Part shown: one piece after another, positions 45,454 to 54,737 of the stretch
How positions within the stretch are numbered: position 1 is the stretch's first letter
Layout of the letters: each line of letters opens with the position of its first letter
NCBI GenBank assembly: GCA_963845515.1
Contig: CAWJSR010000029.1
Span: 128,001 to 192,000 of the forward strand
Length of the DNA: 64,000 bases
DNA from: an uncultured delta proteobacterium
GTDB lineage: Bacteria; Myxococcota; Myxococcia; Myxococcales; Anaeromyxobacteraceae
Direction: 5' to 3'
Notes under the pieces: model-generated
What the model was told of the DNA's origin: nothing
Database searches by the model: none
Seen by the model: the letters and a program-made list of their open reading frames with translations, nothing else
Translations under genes and position numbers: made by a program

Positions 45454-45900
45454 TCACTCCTCGTCGGCCTCGCCCAGCGCAGCGAGGAGCGCAGCCGCGC
45501 GCTCGCCGACGGCTCCGTCGACGCCACGCAGCCCGCGCAGCTCCTCGACCGCGGCGCCCCTCCCCTCGCTCCCGCCTAGCAGCACCTCCGCGTGAGCGAG
45601 CCGTACGCCGGGGTCGTCCGGCGCGAGCTGGCGACCCACCTCGGCTGCGAACCGCGCCGCGAGCTCCTTCCCGGTCCGGAGGTGGGCGCGCGCGAGGAGC
45701 GCCCAGGCCGCCGGGTCCCGCGGGTGGACCGCCACCAGCCCCTCGAGCACCTTCTCCGCCTCGGCCGGACGGCCCGACTCGAGGGCCGCCGCGGCGACGC
45801 TGGCGACCAGCTCCTTCACCTCGGGAGGCACCTCCAGCAGCTCCGAGAATGTCGCCCCCGACCCGATCGTATTCGCGTTCTCCATCTGGTCCCCCCTCAT
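45454..45900 (-). CDS. SycD/LcrH-like TPR chaperone
   Basis: GATFSELLEV...GRPAEAEKVLEGLVAVHPRDPAAWALLA; ~145 aa, acidic, about three TPRs; ATGA overlap with the upstream gene (alternative start 45885). Confidence 0.6.
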   Translation of the reverse strand: MRGDQMENANTIGSGATFSELLEVPPEVKELVASVAAAALESGRPAEAEKVLEGLVAVHPRDPAAWALLARAHLRTGKELAARFAAEVGRQLAPDDPGVRLAHAEVLLGGSEGRGAAVEELRGLRGVDGAVGERAAALLAALGEADEE

Positions 45901-46823
45901 CGGACGTTCCCGATGACTGCCATCTTGGTGTCGTGCATCGAGCGCAGGATGTTGGAGACGAGCGAGAACATCTCCTTCTGCTTCTCCTGCAGGATCTGGA
46001 TCTCCGTCATGAGCGCCTTCTCGCTCGTCTCCGACGTCGACGACGAGCCCGCGCTCGACGAGGTCGACGACGACGCCCTGGTCGAAGCGCCCTTGGCCGC
46101 GGTGCCCTTGCTCGCCGCGGCACCCGTCAACCCGGTGAGCGCTCCGCCCGCGATGCCGCCGAGGAGCGGTCCAGCCTTGAGGATGAGCGGCGCGAGCGCG
46201 GGAAGGCCCAGCGCGGTCGCGGCGCCGGCCAGGACCGGTCCAGCGACCTGGCTCGCCAGCTTCGACAGTAAGGAACCGCTCGCCGCCTTCCCGAGCCCAG
46301 CCTTCGAGAGCAGCGTCGTGAGCCCTTCGCCGAGCGCGGCGAGGGTCGACGAGCCGGCGCTCGCGCTCTTCTTGGTCGAGGAGGTGGAGCCGGTCTTGCC
46401 GGCGTCGAGATCGGCGAACTGCTGCAGCTTCTGCTCCAGCTGCTTCTCGTACTTGTCGGAGAGCTGGACCATGAGCCGCGCCAGCTTCTCCTCCACCGAG
46501 AGCCGAGAGTCCTTCAGGAAGGCGAGAGAGCTGCTCGCGCTCGAGGCCGCGGTGCCGGTCGTCGCCCCTGCCGTCCCAGTGATGGCGGTGCGCGTGAGGC
46601 GCGTGAGGAGGGCCCCGAGCTGCTCGGCCTGGCGCTGGGCGCTCGTCTGAGCGAGCCCGCTCCCTGCCGTCGTGGCTGCGCCGGCGACCTTGGGCTTCGC
46701 CCCGCCGCGGCCGATCGCTGCGGCAGCGACGCGTCCTGCGGCCGCCAGGCCGATGCCCGCGAGGCCCGTAGAAGCGGCGGGGAGGGCAGCCGCCCCTGCG
46801 ACGAGGACTTGTCCGATGTTCAT
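45897..46823 (-). CDS. 308-aa hypothetical protein with coiled coil, hydrophobic segment and SctF(needle)-like C-terminal helix
   Basis: AAAGGAG SD before ATG 46823; LSVEEKLARLMVQLSDKYEKQLEQKLQQF; VAGPVLAGAATALGLPALAPLILKAGPLLGGIAGGAL; ends MFSLVSNILRSMHDTKMAVIGNVR. Confidence 0.7.
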   Translation of the reverse strand: MNIGQVLVAGAAALPAASTGLAGIGLAAAGRVAAAAIGRGGAKPKVAGAATTAGSGLAQTSAQRQAEQLGALLTRLTRTAITGTAGATTGTAASSASSSLAFLKDSRLSVEEKLARLMVQLSDKYEKQLEQKLQQFADLDAGKTGSTSSTKKSASAGSSTLAALGEGLTTLLSKAGLGKAASGSLLSKLASQVAGPVLAGAATALGLPALAPLILKAGPLLGGIAGGALTGLTGAAASKGTAAKGASTRASSSTSSSAGSSSTSETSEKALMTEIQILQEKQKEMFSLVSNILRSMHDTKMAVIGNVR

Positions 46824-46867
46824 GTGCGCTCCTTTGCGCGCGAGGGTTGAACGTCGAGCCCCCGTAC

Positions 46868-46883
46868 TGCGGGGCGCGTGCCA
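46868..46883 (-). promoter_or_regulatory. Putative sigma-54 (-24/-12) promoter
   Basis: Minus strand TGGCACGCGCCCCGCA: exact TGGCACG and GG-N10-GC spacing, about 45 nt upstream of ATG 46823. Confidence 0.65.
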
Positions 46884-46999
46884 GCCGCAGCCTGCGCGAT
46901 TCGAGGGGTTTCGCGCCGGGCGCGGTCCGCGGACGGGCCGATCAGTCCGCCACCCGACCGTTTGACCCCGGCGCCGGGGGCAACCTAGATTGCCGCCCC

Positions 47000-47415
47000 A
47001 TGCGCTACCTGGGGATCGACGTCGGCCGGGCACGGATCGGCGTCGCGATCGCCGACAGCCTGCTGCGGACCGCCCGTCCGCTCCAGGTGGTCGAGCGGCG
47101 CGGCGACGCTCCGGATCTGGCCGTCATCGCCGAGGTGGCGGCCGAGTACGAGGTGACGCAGGCGGTGGTGGGCCTCCCGCTCAACATGGACGGCACCGAG
47201 GGACCCTCGGCCGGACTTCGCGCGCCGCTTCGCCTCGAAGCTCGGCGGCTGCGCTGCAGGTCCCGGTCGCGTTCCAGGACGAGCGGCTCTCCACCTTCGA
47301 GGCCGAGTCACGCATGCGCGAGCGCGGCCTCTCGGCCAGGGAGCGCCGGCCGCTGGTCGACGCCGAGGCCGCGGCGGTCATACTGCAGGACTGGCTCGAC
47401 GGGAGCAGCGAATGA
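47000..47415 (+). CDS. ruvX: Holliday junction resolvase-like RuvX/YqgF (frameshifted around 47215-47245)
   Basis: MRYLGIDVGRARIGVAI, VVGLPLNMDG, then DERLSTFEA, VDAEAAAVILQDWLD. Confidence 0.92.
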
Positions 47416-48452
47416 AGCGGATGCTCCGCACCATCCTCCTCGCAGGCGTGCTCGCGGCCGTCGTCGTGGGCTTCGGCGCCTGGAAGGTCTTCGGGCGCTT
47501 CCGCGACGCACCCTGGGGGTCCCCAGAGGAGAAGATCGTGGTCGTCCCGTCCGGCGCCTCGCCGCGGACGGTCGTCCGGCTCCTCGCCCGGGCAGGCGTG
47601 GTCTCCGACGACCGGACGGCGTGGCTGCTACGTCCGCTGGTTCCGGCGCGACCCGCGCCCCTTCAAGGCGGGCCAGTACGCCTTCGCCGGCGCGCTGCGC
47701 CCCGACGAGGCGCTGGACCGGATCCACAAGGGCGAGGTGAAGCTCTACCGCTTCACCGTGCCGGAGGGGCTCCGCATCGAGGAGATCGCCGAGATCGTCG
47801 GGCGGAGCGGCCTCGCGACGAGGCCGAGGACGTGGCGCGGCTCGCCCGCGACCCGGCCTTCGCCATCGGCGCTCGACGTCCCCTTCGCCTCGCTGGAGGG
47901 CTACCTCTTCCCCGACACCTACGCCTTCGCGTGGGGCGTCACGCCGCAGCGGATCCTGGAGGCGATGGTCCGCCGGTTCCGCGACGTCCTCGCGGCGTCC
48001 GAGGCGAAGCGGCAGCCCACGGGTCGCTCCTCTCCGAGCGCGAGCTGGTCACGCTGGCCTCCATCGTGGAGAAGGAGACCGGGCAGCCCGCCGAGCGACC
48101 GCGCATCGCCTGCGTCTTCCACAACCGGCTGAAGAAGGGGATGCGGCTCCAGACCGATCCCACCGTGATGTACGCGACCTTCCTGCGGACGGGGCGCTGG
48201 TCGAAGAACATCTCCAAGGCCGACCTGCTCACGCCGCACCCGTACAACACCTACGCGGTCGCCGGCCTCCCGCCCGGCCCCATCGCGAACCCGGGCGCGG
48301 CGGCGGTCGAGGCGGCGCTCTCGCCAAGCGACTGCACGGACCTCTACTTCGTCTCGAAGAACGACGGCACGCACATCTTCTGCCCGGACCTGAAGTGCCA
48401 CAACGCCGCCGTCCAGCAGTGGCAGGTGGAGTTCCACCGCCGCAGGCGGTGA
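47412..48452 (+). CDS. mltG: Endolytic transglycosylase MltG (several internal frameshifts, about 47630-48030)
   Basis: N-terminal TM; FTVPEG, LEGYLFPDTY, TLASIVEKET, RLQTDPTV, PYNTY..GLPPGPIANPG, LYFVS. Confidence 0.92.
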   Translation: MKRMLRTILLAGVLAAVVVGFGAWKVFGRFRDAPWGSPEEKIVVVPSGASPRTVVRLLARAGVVSDDRTAWLLRPLVPARPAPLQGGPVRLRRRAAPRRGAGPDPQGRGEALPLHRAGGAPHRGDRRDRRAERPRDEAEDVARLARDPAFAIGARRPLRLAGGLPLPRHLRLRVGRHAAADPGGDGPPVPRRPRGVRGEAAAHGSLLSERELVTLASIVEKETGQPAERPRIACVFHNRLKKGMRLQTDPTVMYATFLRTGRWSKNISKADLLTPHPYNTYAVAGLPPGPIANPGAAAVEAALSPSDCTDLYFVSKNDGTHIFCPDLKCHNAAVQQWQVEFHRRRR

Positions 48453-48522
48453 GTGTGCTCTCCCACACGCGCCGGCCGATTCCTGCGGACATCGCTCGCG
48501 GCGTGCTAGTTTCGCCGCCCCG

Positions 48523-49795
48523 ATGACGTCGCCCTTCGACCGGCCGCCCTCCCGCAAACGCCTCGCCGTCGCCGCAGCGCTCGCCCTCGTCGCGCTCCTG
48601 GTGGTGGCGATCGCAGGGGCGCTCGGCAAGGTCCGCGTCCCGCCTCCCCCCGCCGCCGTCGCCGAGCTCCGGCCGGCGCCCGCCGCCTCGCCGCCGCCCG
48701 AGCGGTTCGAGGAGGAGATCCTCCGGCTCGGCCGCAACGAGACCATCTCGGTCGCGCTGGTTCGCGCGAAGGTCGTCCCGGCAGATCTCATGGCGGCGAT
48801 CCAGGCGCTGGAGGGGATCTTCCCCTTCCGCAAGGCTCGCCCCGGCGACCAGCTCCGCGTGGAGCGGCGCGCCGGAGAGGCCGCGCTGCACCGGCTCTCG
48901 ATCCGCCAGGGCCCGATCGACGAGTGGCTGGTCGAGCGCACCCCCGCGGGCACGCTCTCCGCGTCGAAGCGCGACGTGAAGGTCCGGACCGACGTCGACA
49001 GGATCGCCGTCACCGTCCGGAGCAGCCTCTACGAGTCGATCCAGTCCACCCACGAGGATCCAGGCGCTCGCCGTCCTCGCCGCCGACGTCCTCGCCTGGG
49101 ACGTGGACTTCTACCAGGACGTCCGAAACGGCGACCGGATGCGGGTCGTGGTCGAGAAGGTCTACGCCGACGATCGGTTCGTCCGATACGGAGAGGTGCT
49201 GGCCACCGAGTACGACGGCGAGACGACCGGCCGTAAGCGGCTCTTCCGCTACACCGACCCCGAGGGGAAGACGAGCTACTTCGACGAGGACGGCCAGAGC
49301 GCGCAGCGCGGCTTCCTCCGCTCGCCGCTGAAGTACGCGCACATCACGTCCGGCTTCGGCAGCCGCCGCCACCCGCTCAAGGGATTCGTCCAGCGCCACC
49401 CCGCCATCGACTACGGCGCCCCCACCGGCACGCCGGTCTGGGCGGTGGGAGACGGCTCGGTGAAGAGCGCCGGCTGGCTGGGCGACTGCGGCAACGCGGT
49501 CCAGCTCCGCCATCGGAACGGGCTCGAGACGCTCTACTGCCACCTCTCGCGCGTCGGCGTCCGCGCCGGGACCCACGTCAGCCAGAAGCAGGTGATCGGC
49601 TGGGTCGGCTCCACCGGCGCCTCGACCGGCCCCCACCTGCACTACGGCGTGAAGCGCAACGGGGGCTACCTGAACCCGCTCGCGCTCAAGCTCCCGCGCG
49701 AGGCGCCGATCAAGGCGGAGTGGATGGCCGGCTTCCGCGAGCAGATCGGTCCCCTGCGCAACAGGCTCGACTCCGAGCCGGTGGCGATGCGGTAG
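48523..49795 (+). CDS. M23 family murein DD-endopeptidase, MepM-like (frameshift near 49062)
   Basis: N-terminal TM; AWDVDF, ITSGFG.RRHP, HPAIDYGAPTGTPV, YCHLS, STGPHLHY. Confidence 0.88.
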
Positions 49796-49810
49796 CGGCG
49801 GGAGCACGCC

Positions 49811-50509
49811 ATGCCGACCCAAGACGAACCGCTCCAGACCGTAGCCGACGACGAGATCGAGGAGATCTCGCCCGAGTTCATCCTGGCGGAGGCTGAGCCA
49901 GCTCAGGTCGCAGCGCCGAAGGCGGCGCTGCCCCCCGGGCCCCGGCCGGAGGCACGGCCCGAACCACGGCCGCAACCGGCCCCGGCTCCGGCCCCGAAGG
50001 AACCCCCGCCTCCCGCCGCTCAGGCGGCCCCTCCCGCTGCCCAGCAGGTCGTCTCGCGACGATCCGCCTTCCCGCTCGTCGTGGCCCTCGTCTTCCTGGT
50101 GGCCGGCTTCGGCGGCGGCTTCTTCGCGGGGCGGCTCTGGGAACGTCAGGGCGCAGGCACCGTGGCGGTCGCTCCTCCCTTGAAGACTCCTGCGCCTGAG
50201 GGGGCGCCCACGGACGAGCCTGCGGCCGAGCCGAAGCGCGCTCCGAAGCCCACCAGGCGCACCGGTGCCGCGCGAACGGCTCGCGCGGCCGGCTCGGCGA
50301 TTGAAGGGAAGGGCCGGCTGCAGCTGACCGCCCCCCCCGAGGCGGAGGTGTTCCTGGACGGCCGCAGGGTCGGCCGGGGCTCCATGCGCCTCGACGTCGC
50401 CCCCGGCGCGCACCGCATCGAGGTGAAGGTCGGCAAGTCGCGGGTCAGCGAGCGCTTCGAGGTCTCTCCCAACGAGACCTGGACCTACGAGGTCACGCCT
50501 TCGAAGTAG
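49811..50509 (+). CDS. Membrane-anchored PEGA-domain protein
   Basis: Acidic N-terminus, Pro-rich linker, one TM, C-terminal PPEAEVFLDGRRVG...PGAHRIEV. Confidence 0.72.
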   Translation: MPTQDEPLQTVADDEIEEISPEFILAEAEPAQVAAPKAALPPGPRPEARPEPRPQPAPAPAPKEPPPPAAQAAPPAAQQVVSRRSAFPLVVALVFLVAGFGGGFFAGRLWERQGAGTVAVAPPLKTPAPEGAPTDEPAAEPKRAPKPTRRTGAARTARAAGSAIEGKGRLQLTAPPEAEVFLDGRRVGRGSMRLDVAPGAHRIEVKVGKSRVSERFEVSPNETWTYEVTPSK

Positions 50510-50620
50510 CTGCACCGCTCCTGCACGATCTCTCCGCAGGGTCTCCCCTCCCCGCTCGCGCAGTCGCTGCCATGGTGTGGACGCCCGCTTCCGGCCAATC
50601 CGGACGCCCGGCAAACGCGC

Positions 50621-51628
50621 ATGGCACTCAAGGCTCGACTCCTCGCGATCGGCACGTTCGTCCTCCTCCCCCTGGCCCTCTGGCTCGCCGGCCTGCGCAG
50701 CAGCACGGCCTCGGTGGCCCACGGGCTGCTCCTCGTCCCGTCGATGCTCCTCGCGGTCGCCCTCCTCTACCGGGCGGTCCGCGCGCGCCGGCGGCTGGCG
50801 ATGGCCGCCTCACTGACCGTGCTCTTCCCTGCGCTGGCCCTGTCGGCGGTCCGTGCGCTGCGCGAGGCGAGGCCCGCGGTCCCGCCCCCGTCCTCGAGGG
50901 CGCTCTCGCTCGTCAGCTACAACCTGCTCTTCAACTCCCGGCCCGAGCGGTCGCTCGCGCTGCTCGGCCGCACCCCTGCCGACGTGTTCTGCCTGCAGGA
51001 GGTGACGCCCTCCTGGGCGAAGCGGCTCGACGCCACGCTCGGTTCGAGCCACCCCCACCGCGCCATGGAAGCGCGATACGGCGCCTACGGGCTCGCCATC
51101 TTCTCGCGCGTCCCGCTCACGCGCCCCACGGTCGTGAAGGAGGGCAGGCGCGTCGCCGGGCAGTGCGTGGCGCTCGCGCTGGAGGCCGGAGAGACGGCGC
51201 TCTGCAACGTGCACCTCTCGTCGCCGGCCGGAGTCGTGGAGCGCGGGACCCGCTGGTTCAGCGGCTTCGACGCCAACGCGCGCGTCCGCGCCCGGCAGTG
51301 GGCGCTGCTCCGCGAGCACGTCGCGCGCAGCTATCCCCAGGCGCGGCACATGATCGTGGCGGGGGACTTCAACACGCTCGACACCGAGCCGCTCTACCGG
51401 ACGATCCGCGGCTCGCTGGTCGACGCCTTCGCGGCCGCGGGCGACGGCTACGGCGGGACCTTCCCCACCGAGCCCACGTCACCCGTCCCGCTCGTCCGGA
51501 TCGACTATGTCTTCGCGAGCCCCGCGCTCGCGCCGCGCGCTGCAGAGGTGCTGCCGCAGGCGGGGTCGGACCACAGGGGGCTGAGGGTGACGCTGGCGGT
51601 GCCGAGGATCGATCCACCTTCACCTTGA
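50621..51628 (+). CDS. Membrane-anchored endonuclease/exonuclease/phosphatase (EEP) family protein
   Basis: SYNL, CLQEV, NVHL, AGDFN, RIDYVF, GSDH; N-terminal TMs. Confidence 0.85.
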   Translation: MALKARLLAIGTFVLLPLALWLAGLRSSTASVAHGLLLVPSMLLAVALLYRAVRARRRLAMAASLTVLFPALALSAVRALREARPAVPPPSSRALSLVSYNLLFNSRPERSLALLGRTPADVFCLQEVTPSWAKRLDATLGSSHPHRAMEARYGAYGLAIFSRVPLTRPTVVKEGRRVAGQCVALALEAGETALCNVHLSSPAGVVERGTRWFSGFDANARVRARQWALLREHVARSYPQARHMIVAGDFNTLDTEPLYRTIRGSLVDAFAAAGDGYGGTFPTEPTSPVPLVRIDYVFASPALAPRAAEVLPQAGSDHRGLRVTLAVPRIDPPSP

Positions 51629-51660
51629 TCCTCTCCCCCGCGGGTGCGCGGGGGAGAGGA
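51629..51660. repeat. Perfect 14-bp palindrome (REP-like element or bidirectional terminator) between convergent genes
   Basis: tcctctcccccgcg-ggtg-cgcgggggagagga, preceded by ccttcacc. Confidence 0.65.
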
Positions 51661-51683
51661 GGTGCGCGCTCGCCGCCTGGACC

Positions 51684-53567
51684 CTACCGCCTGCGTCGGC
51701 GCGCCTTCTCCGCCGTCAGCGCCTTCCCGTTCCAGTCCTTGCCGTTGAGGGCCGCGACCGCTCCGTCGATCGCCTCGGGGGCGACCTCCAGGAAGGTGTG
51801 GCCACGGCGCAGCTCGACCGCGCGGAGTTCGAGCCCCGGCGCCAGCGCCGCGACCGCCTCGCGGACCTTCGCCTCGTCCGCCCCGTCCTGCTCGCCCAGC
51901 GAGAGGAAGATGCGGGCGCGCTGCGGGCGGCCGTCCTCGGCCTGCTCGCCGGCTTCGGTAGGCTCGGCCCGCACGCGGGCCGGTGCGACCGCGTCCACCT
52001 CGAGGGTCTTCGGGCCGCGCTCGGCGCGCTCCGCGCGCTCCGGACGGCGCTCGCCCCGGTCCCGATCGCGCCCCCGATCACGGTCGCGCTCACGGCGCGG
52101 CTCGCGCTCACCGTGGCCGGCGCGGTCCCTCGCTGCCGCCTCCTTCGCGAAGGCGGCCTCGTGGCGCTCCTTCCGCTCGTGCTCCACCCGCTTGTGCTCG
52201 GCCTTCTGCAGGTCCGTCATCATCTCGATGCGGTGGTGCGTGAAGAAGTACTTGAGGGCGAACGCCGTCAGGTACTCACCGTCCGGCCGGCTGCGGAGGT
52301 CCTGTGCGAGGGGGATGAAGGCCTCGAAGATCGTGGCGCTCATCGCCTCCTTGAGCTCGGCGACGTGGCGCTCGGTCCAGCGCTTGCGCGCCTCCTCGGG
52401 AGGCGGCAGCTGCTTCCGCTCGAAGATGAGGCCGAACTTCTTCTCCAGCACCGTGAGGGTGTGGATCTCGGCGCCGGAGACGATGGAGAGGCTCGTCCCC
52501 TTCTTGCCGATGCGGCCGGTGCGGCCGACCCGGTGCAGGAAGACCGCTGGATCCTCCGGCAGCGAGTAGTTCACGACGTGGGAGAGGTCGGAGATGTCGA
52601 TCCCGCGAGCCGCGATGTCGGTCGCGACCATGAACCGGACCTCGCCCCGCTTCACCTTCGCCATCACCCGCTCGCGCTCCGTCTGCGGCAGGTCGCCGTT
52701 GAGCAGCTCCGCGTCGTAGCCGTTCCGGTTGAGGACGGCGGTCACGAGCGAGGTGTCGTTGCGGGTGTTGCAGAAGACGATCGCCGTCTCCGGCTCCTCG
52801 CTCTCCAGCATGTAGAGGAGGTTGCGGGGCTTCGGGTAGTCGTCGACGGCGGCGTAGATGACGTTGTTGATGTTGTCGACCGAGTACTCGTCGCCGGAGA
52901 GCAGGATCGTCTCGGGGTCGGTCAGGTACTCGCGGATGATCTGCTCGATGTCGGCCGGGACCGTCGCGGAGAAGAGCAGCTGCTGGCAGTCCTCCGGGAG
53001 GTGGTCGAGGATCCTCGTCACCTCCTCGAAGAACCCCATGTTGAGCATCTCGTCGGCCTCGTCGAGCGTCGAGACCATGCACTCGTCGAGCTTCAGCGTC
53101 TTCCGCTTGATGTGATCGAAGATGCGGCCGGGGGTGCCCACCACGATCTCCGCGCCCGCCTTGAGCTTGTCGAGCTGCGCCCCCATCGAGGCGCCGCCGT
53201 AGATGGCGACGACCGAGAGGTCCCGGTGCTTGGCGAGCTCCTCGAACTCCTGCGCGACCTGGATCGCCAGCTCGCGCGTCGGGCACATCGTCAGCGACGA
53301 GACCTTGCGGCGGCCGTCGGGGATCCGATCGAGGATCGGCATCGCGAAGGCGGCGGTCTTGCCGGTGCCGGTCTTGGACCGGACGATGACGTCCTTGCCG
53401 GCGCGGATCGGGGCGTAGGACGAGACCTGGACGGGCGTCGGGCGCTGGTAGCCCTTCTCCGCGACCGCGCGGCGCACGGCCTCCGAGAGGCCGAGCGAGT
53501 CGAAGGATGCTTCAGCGACGTAATCGGAAGGGCGCGCCTCGGGCGCGCCGGCCTGCGTATTCTCCAT
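51684..53567 (-). CDS. DEAD-box RNA helicase with C-terminal DbpA-type RNA-binding domain
   Basis: PTPVQ, TGTGKT, PTRELA, GTPGR, LDEADEM, SAT, ARGID, HRVGRTGR; R/D/E-rich linker. Confidence 0.93.
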   Translation of the reverse strand: MENTQAGAPEARPSDYVAEASFDSLGLSEAVRRAVAEKGYQRPTPVQVSSYAPIRAGKDVIVRSKTGTGKTAAFAMPILDRIPDGRRKVSSLTMCPTRELAIQVAQEFEELAKHRDLSVVAIYGGASMGAQLDKLKAGAEIVVGTPGRIFDHIKRKTLKLDECMVSTLDEADEMLNMGFFEEVTRILDHLPEDCQQLLFSATVPADIEQIIREYLTDPETILLSGDEYSVDNINNVIYAAVDDYPKPRNLLYMLESEEPETAIVFCNTRNDTSLVTAVLNRNGYDAELLNGDLPQTERERVMAKVKRGEVRFMVATDIAARGIDISDLSHVVNYSLPEDPAVFLHRVGRTGRIGKKGTSLSIVSGAEIHTLTVLEKKFGLIFERKQLPPPEEARKRWTERHVAELKEAMSATIFEAFIPLAQDLRSRPDGEYLTAFALKYFFTHHRIEMMTDLQKAEHKRVEHERKERHEAAFAKEAAARDRAGHGEREPRRERDRDRGRDRDRGERRPERAERAERGPKTLEVDAVAPARVRAEPTEAGEQAEDGRPQRARIFLSLGEQDGADEAKVREAVAALAPGLELRAVELRRGHTFLEVAPEAIDGAVAALNGKDWNGKALTAEKARRRRR

Positions 53568-53765
53568 GTCACCACTCTCAGTCGAGTGGCGCATGGCGGG
53601 GCTCGCCGATTCCGCGGGACGCCCCGTCGTCGGACGGGGGGCCGCGCCGCTTCGCGAGGTCCGCCATGCGCCGGTTTCTTGAATGCCTGTCGCGGCTTGC
53701 GCGAAAGGCGCATCCTCTATACACGATTGACTCGCGCGGCCGCCACCCCAGGCCGCCCGTTGACC

Positions 53766-54725
53766 ATGCCGGACTCCGACGGACAGCACCAGAAGCGGCG
53801 GCGCCCCCTCCCTGCGCTGGCCAGGAGCGAGGGGAGGGACGCGGGGCTCGTCCGCTACGACCCGCTCCGCGCCTACCTCGCCGAGATCTCGCGCCACCCC
53901 CTCCTGTCGCGGGAGGAGGAGCACGAGCTCGCGGTCCGGTACCGCGAGACCGGTGACCTCGAGGCGGCCTACAAGCTGGTCGCGTCGAACCTGCGGCTGG
54001 TGGTCAAGATCGCGAACGAGTACCGGCGCGCCGCCTTCCAGACGCTCGACCTCGTCCAGGAGGGGAACCTCGGGCTGATGCAGGCGGTGAAGAAGTACGA
54101 CCCCTTCAAGGGGGTGAAGCTCTCCTCCTACGCCGCCTGGTGGATCCGCGCGTACATCATCCGCTTCCTCATGGAGAACTGGCGGATGGTGAAGCTCGGC
54201 ACGACCCAGGCCCAGCGGAAGCTGTTCTTCAACCTCTCCAGGGAGCGCGAGAAGCTCCTGGCCCGCGGGATCGATCCGACGCCGCGGCTGCTGGCCAAGA
54301 ACCTCGACGTGCAGGAGCACGACGTCGAGGAGATGAGCGCCCGGATGTCCGGCGAGGACCTCTCCCTCGACGCGCCGGTGCACATGGGCGACGACGACGG
54401 CCAGTCCCGGATGGACCGGCTGCCGGACGGCGCCGGCGCGCCCGCCGACGATCAGATCGGCGACGAGCAGCTGCGCCGGATCTTCCGGGAGAAGCTGGTC
54501 GCCTTCGCGCGGACCATCACCGACGAGAAGGAGCGGTACATCTACGAGCACCGGCTCCTGCCGCCGGAGGGGACCGAGCCGCTCACGCTCCAGGAGATCG
54601 GCGACCGCTACGCGCTGACCCGCGAGCGCGCGCGCCAGATAGAGGCCCGCCTCACAGGCAGGCTGCGTGGCTACCTGAAGGAGGAGATCCCCGACTTCGA
54701 GCTGCTCGCGCCGCCCGGGGACTAG
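53766..54725 (+). CDS. rpoH: RNA polymerase sigma factor, sigma-32/RpoH family
   Basis: NLRLVVKIA, DLVQEGNLGLMQAV, YAAWWIRA, RpoH box QRKLFFNL, TRERARQIE. Confidence 0.85.
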   Translation: MPDSDGQHQKRRRPLPALARSEGRDAGLVRYDPLRAYLAEISRHPLLSREEEHELAVRYRETGDLEAAYKLVASNLRLVVKIANEYRRAAFQTLDLVQEGNLGLMQAVKKYDPFKGVKLSSYAAWWIRAYIIRFLMENWRMVKLGTTQAQRKLFFNLSREREKLLARGIDPTPRLLAKNLDVQEHDVEEMSARMSGEDLSLDAPVHMGDDDGQSRMDRLPDGAGAPADDQIGDEQLRRIFREKLVAFARTITDEKERYIYEHRLLPPEGTEPLTLQEIGDRYALTRERARQIEARLTGRLRGYLKEEIPDFELLAPPGD

Positions 54726-54737
54726 CGGCTCCGGGCG

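Noticed and set aside
47200..48030. Programmed ribosomal frameshifting in ruvX/mltG (and in folD or gcvPB)
   Set aside because: No slippery heptamers seen at the breaks, several compensating shifts within one gene, and these families are not known to be recoded; assembly error is simpler.
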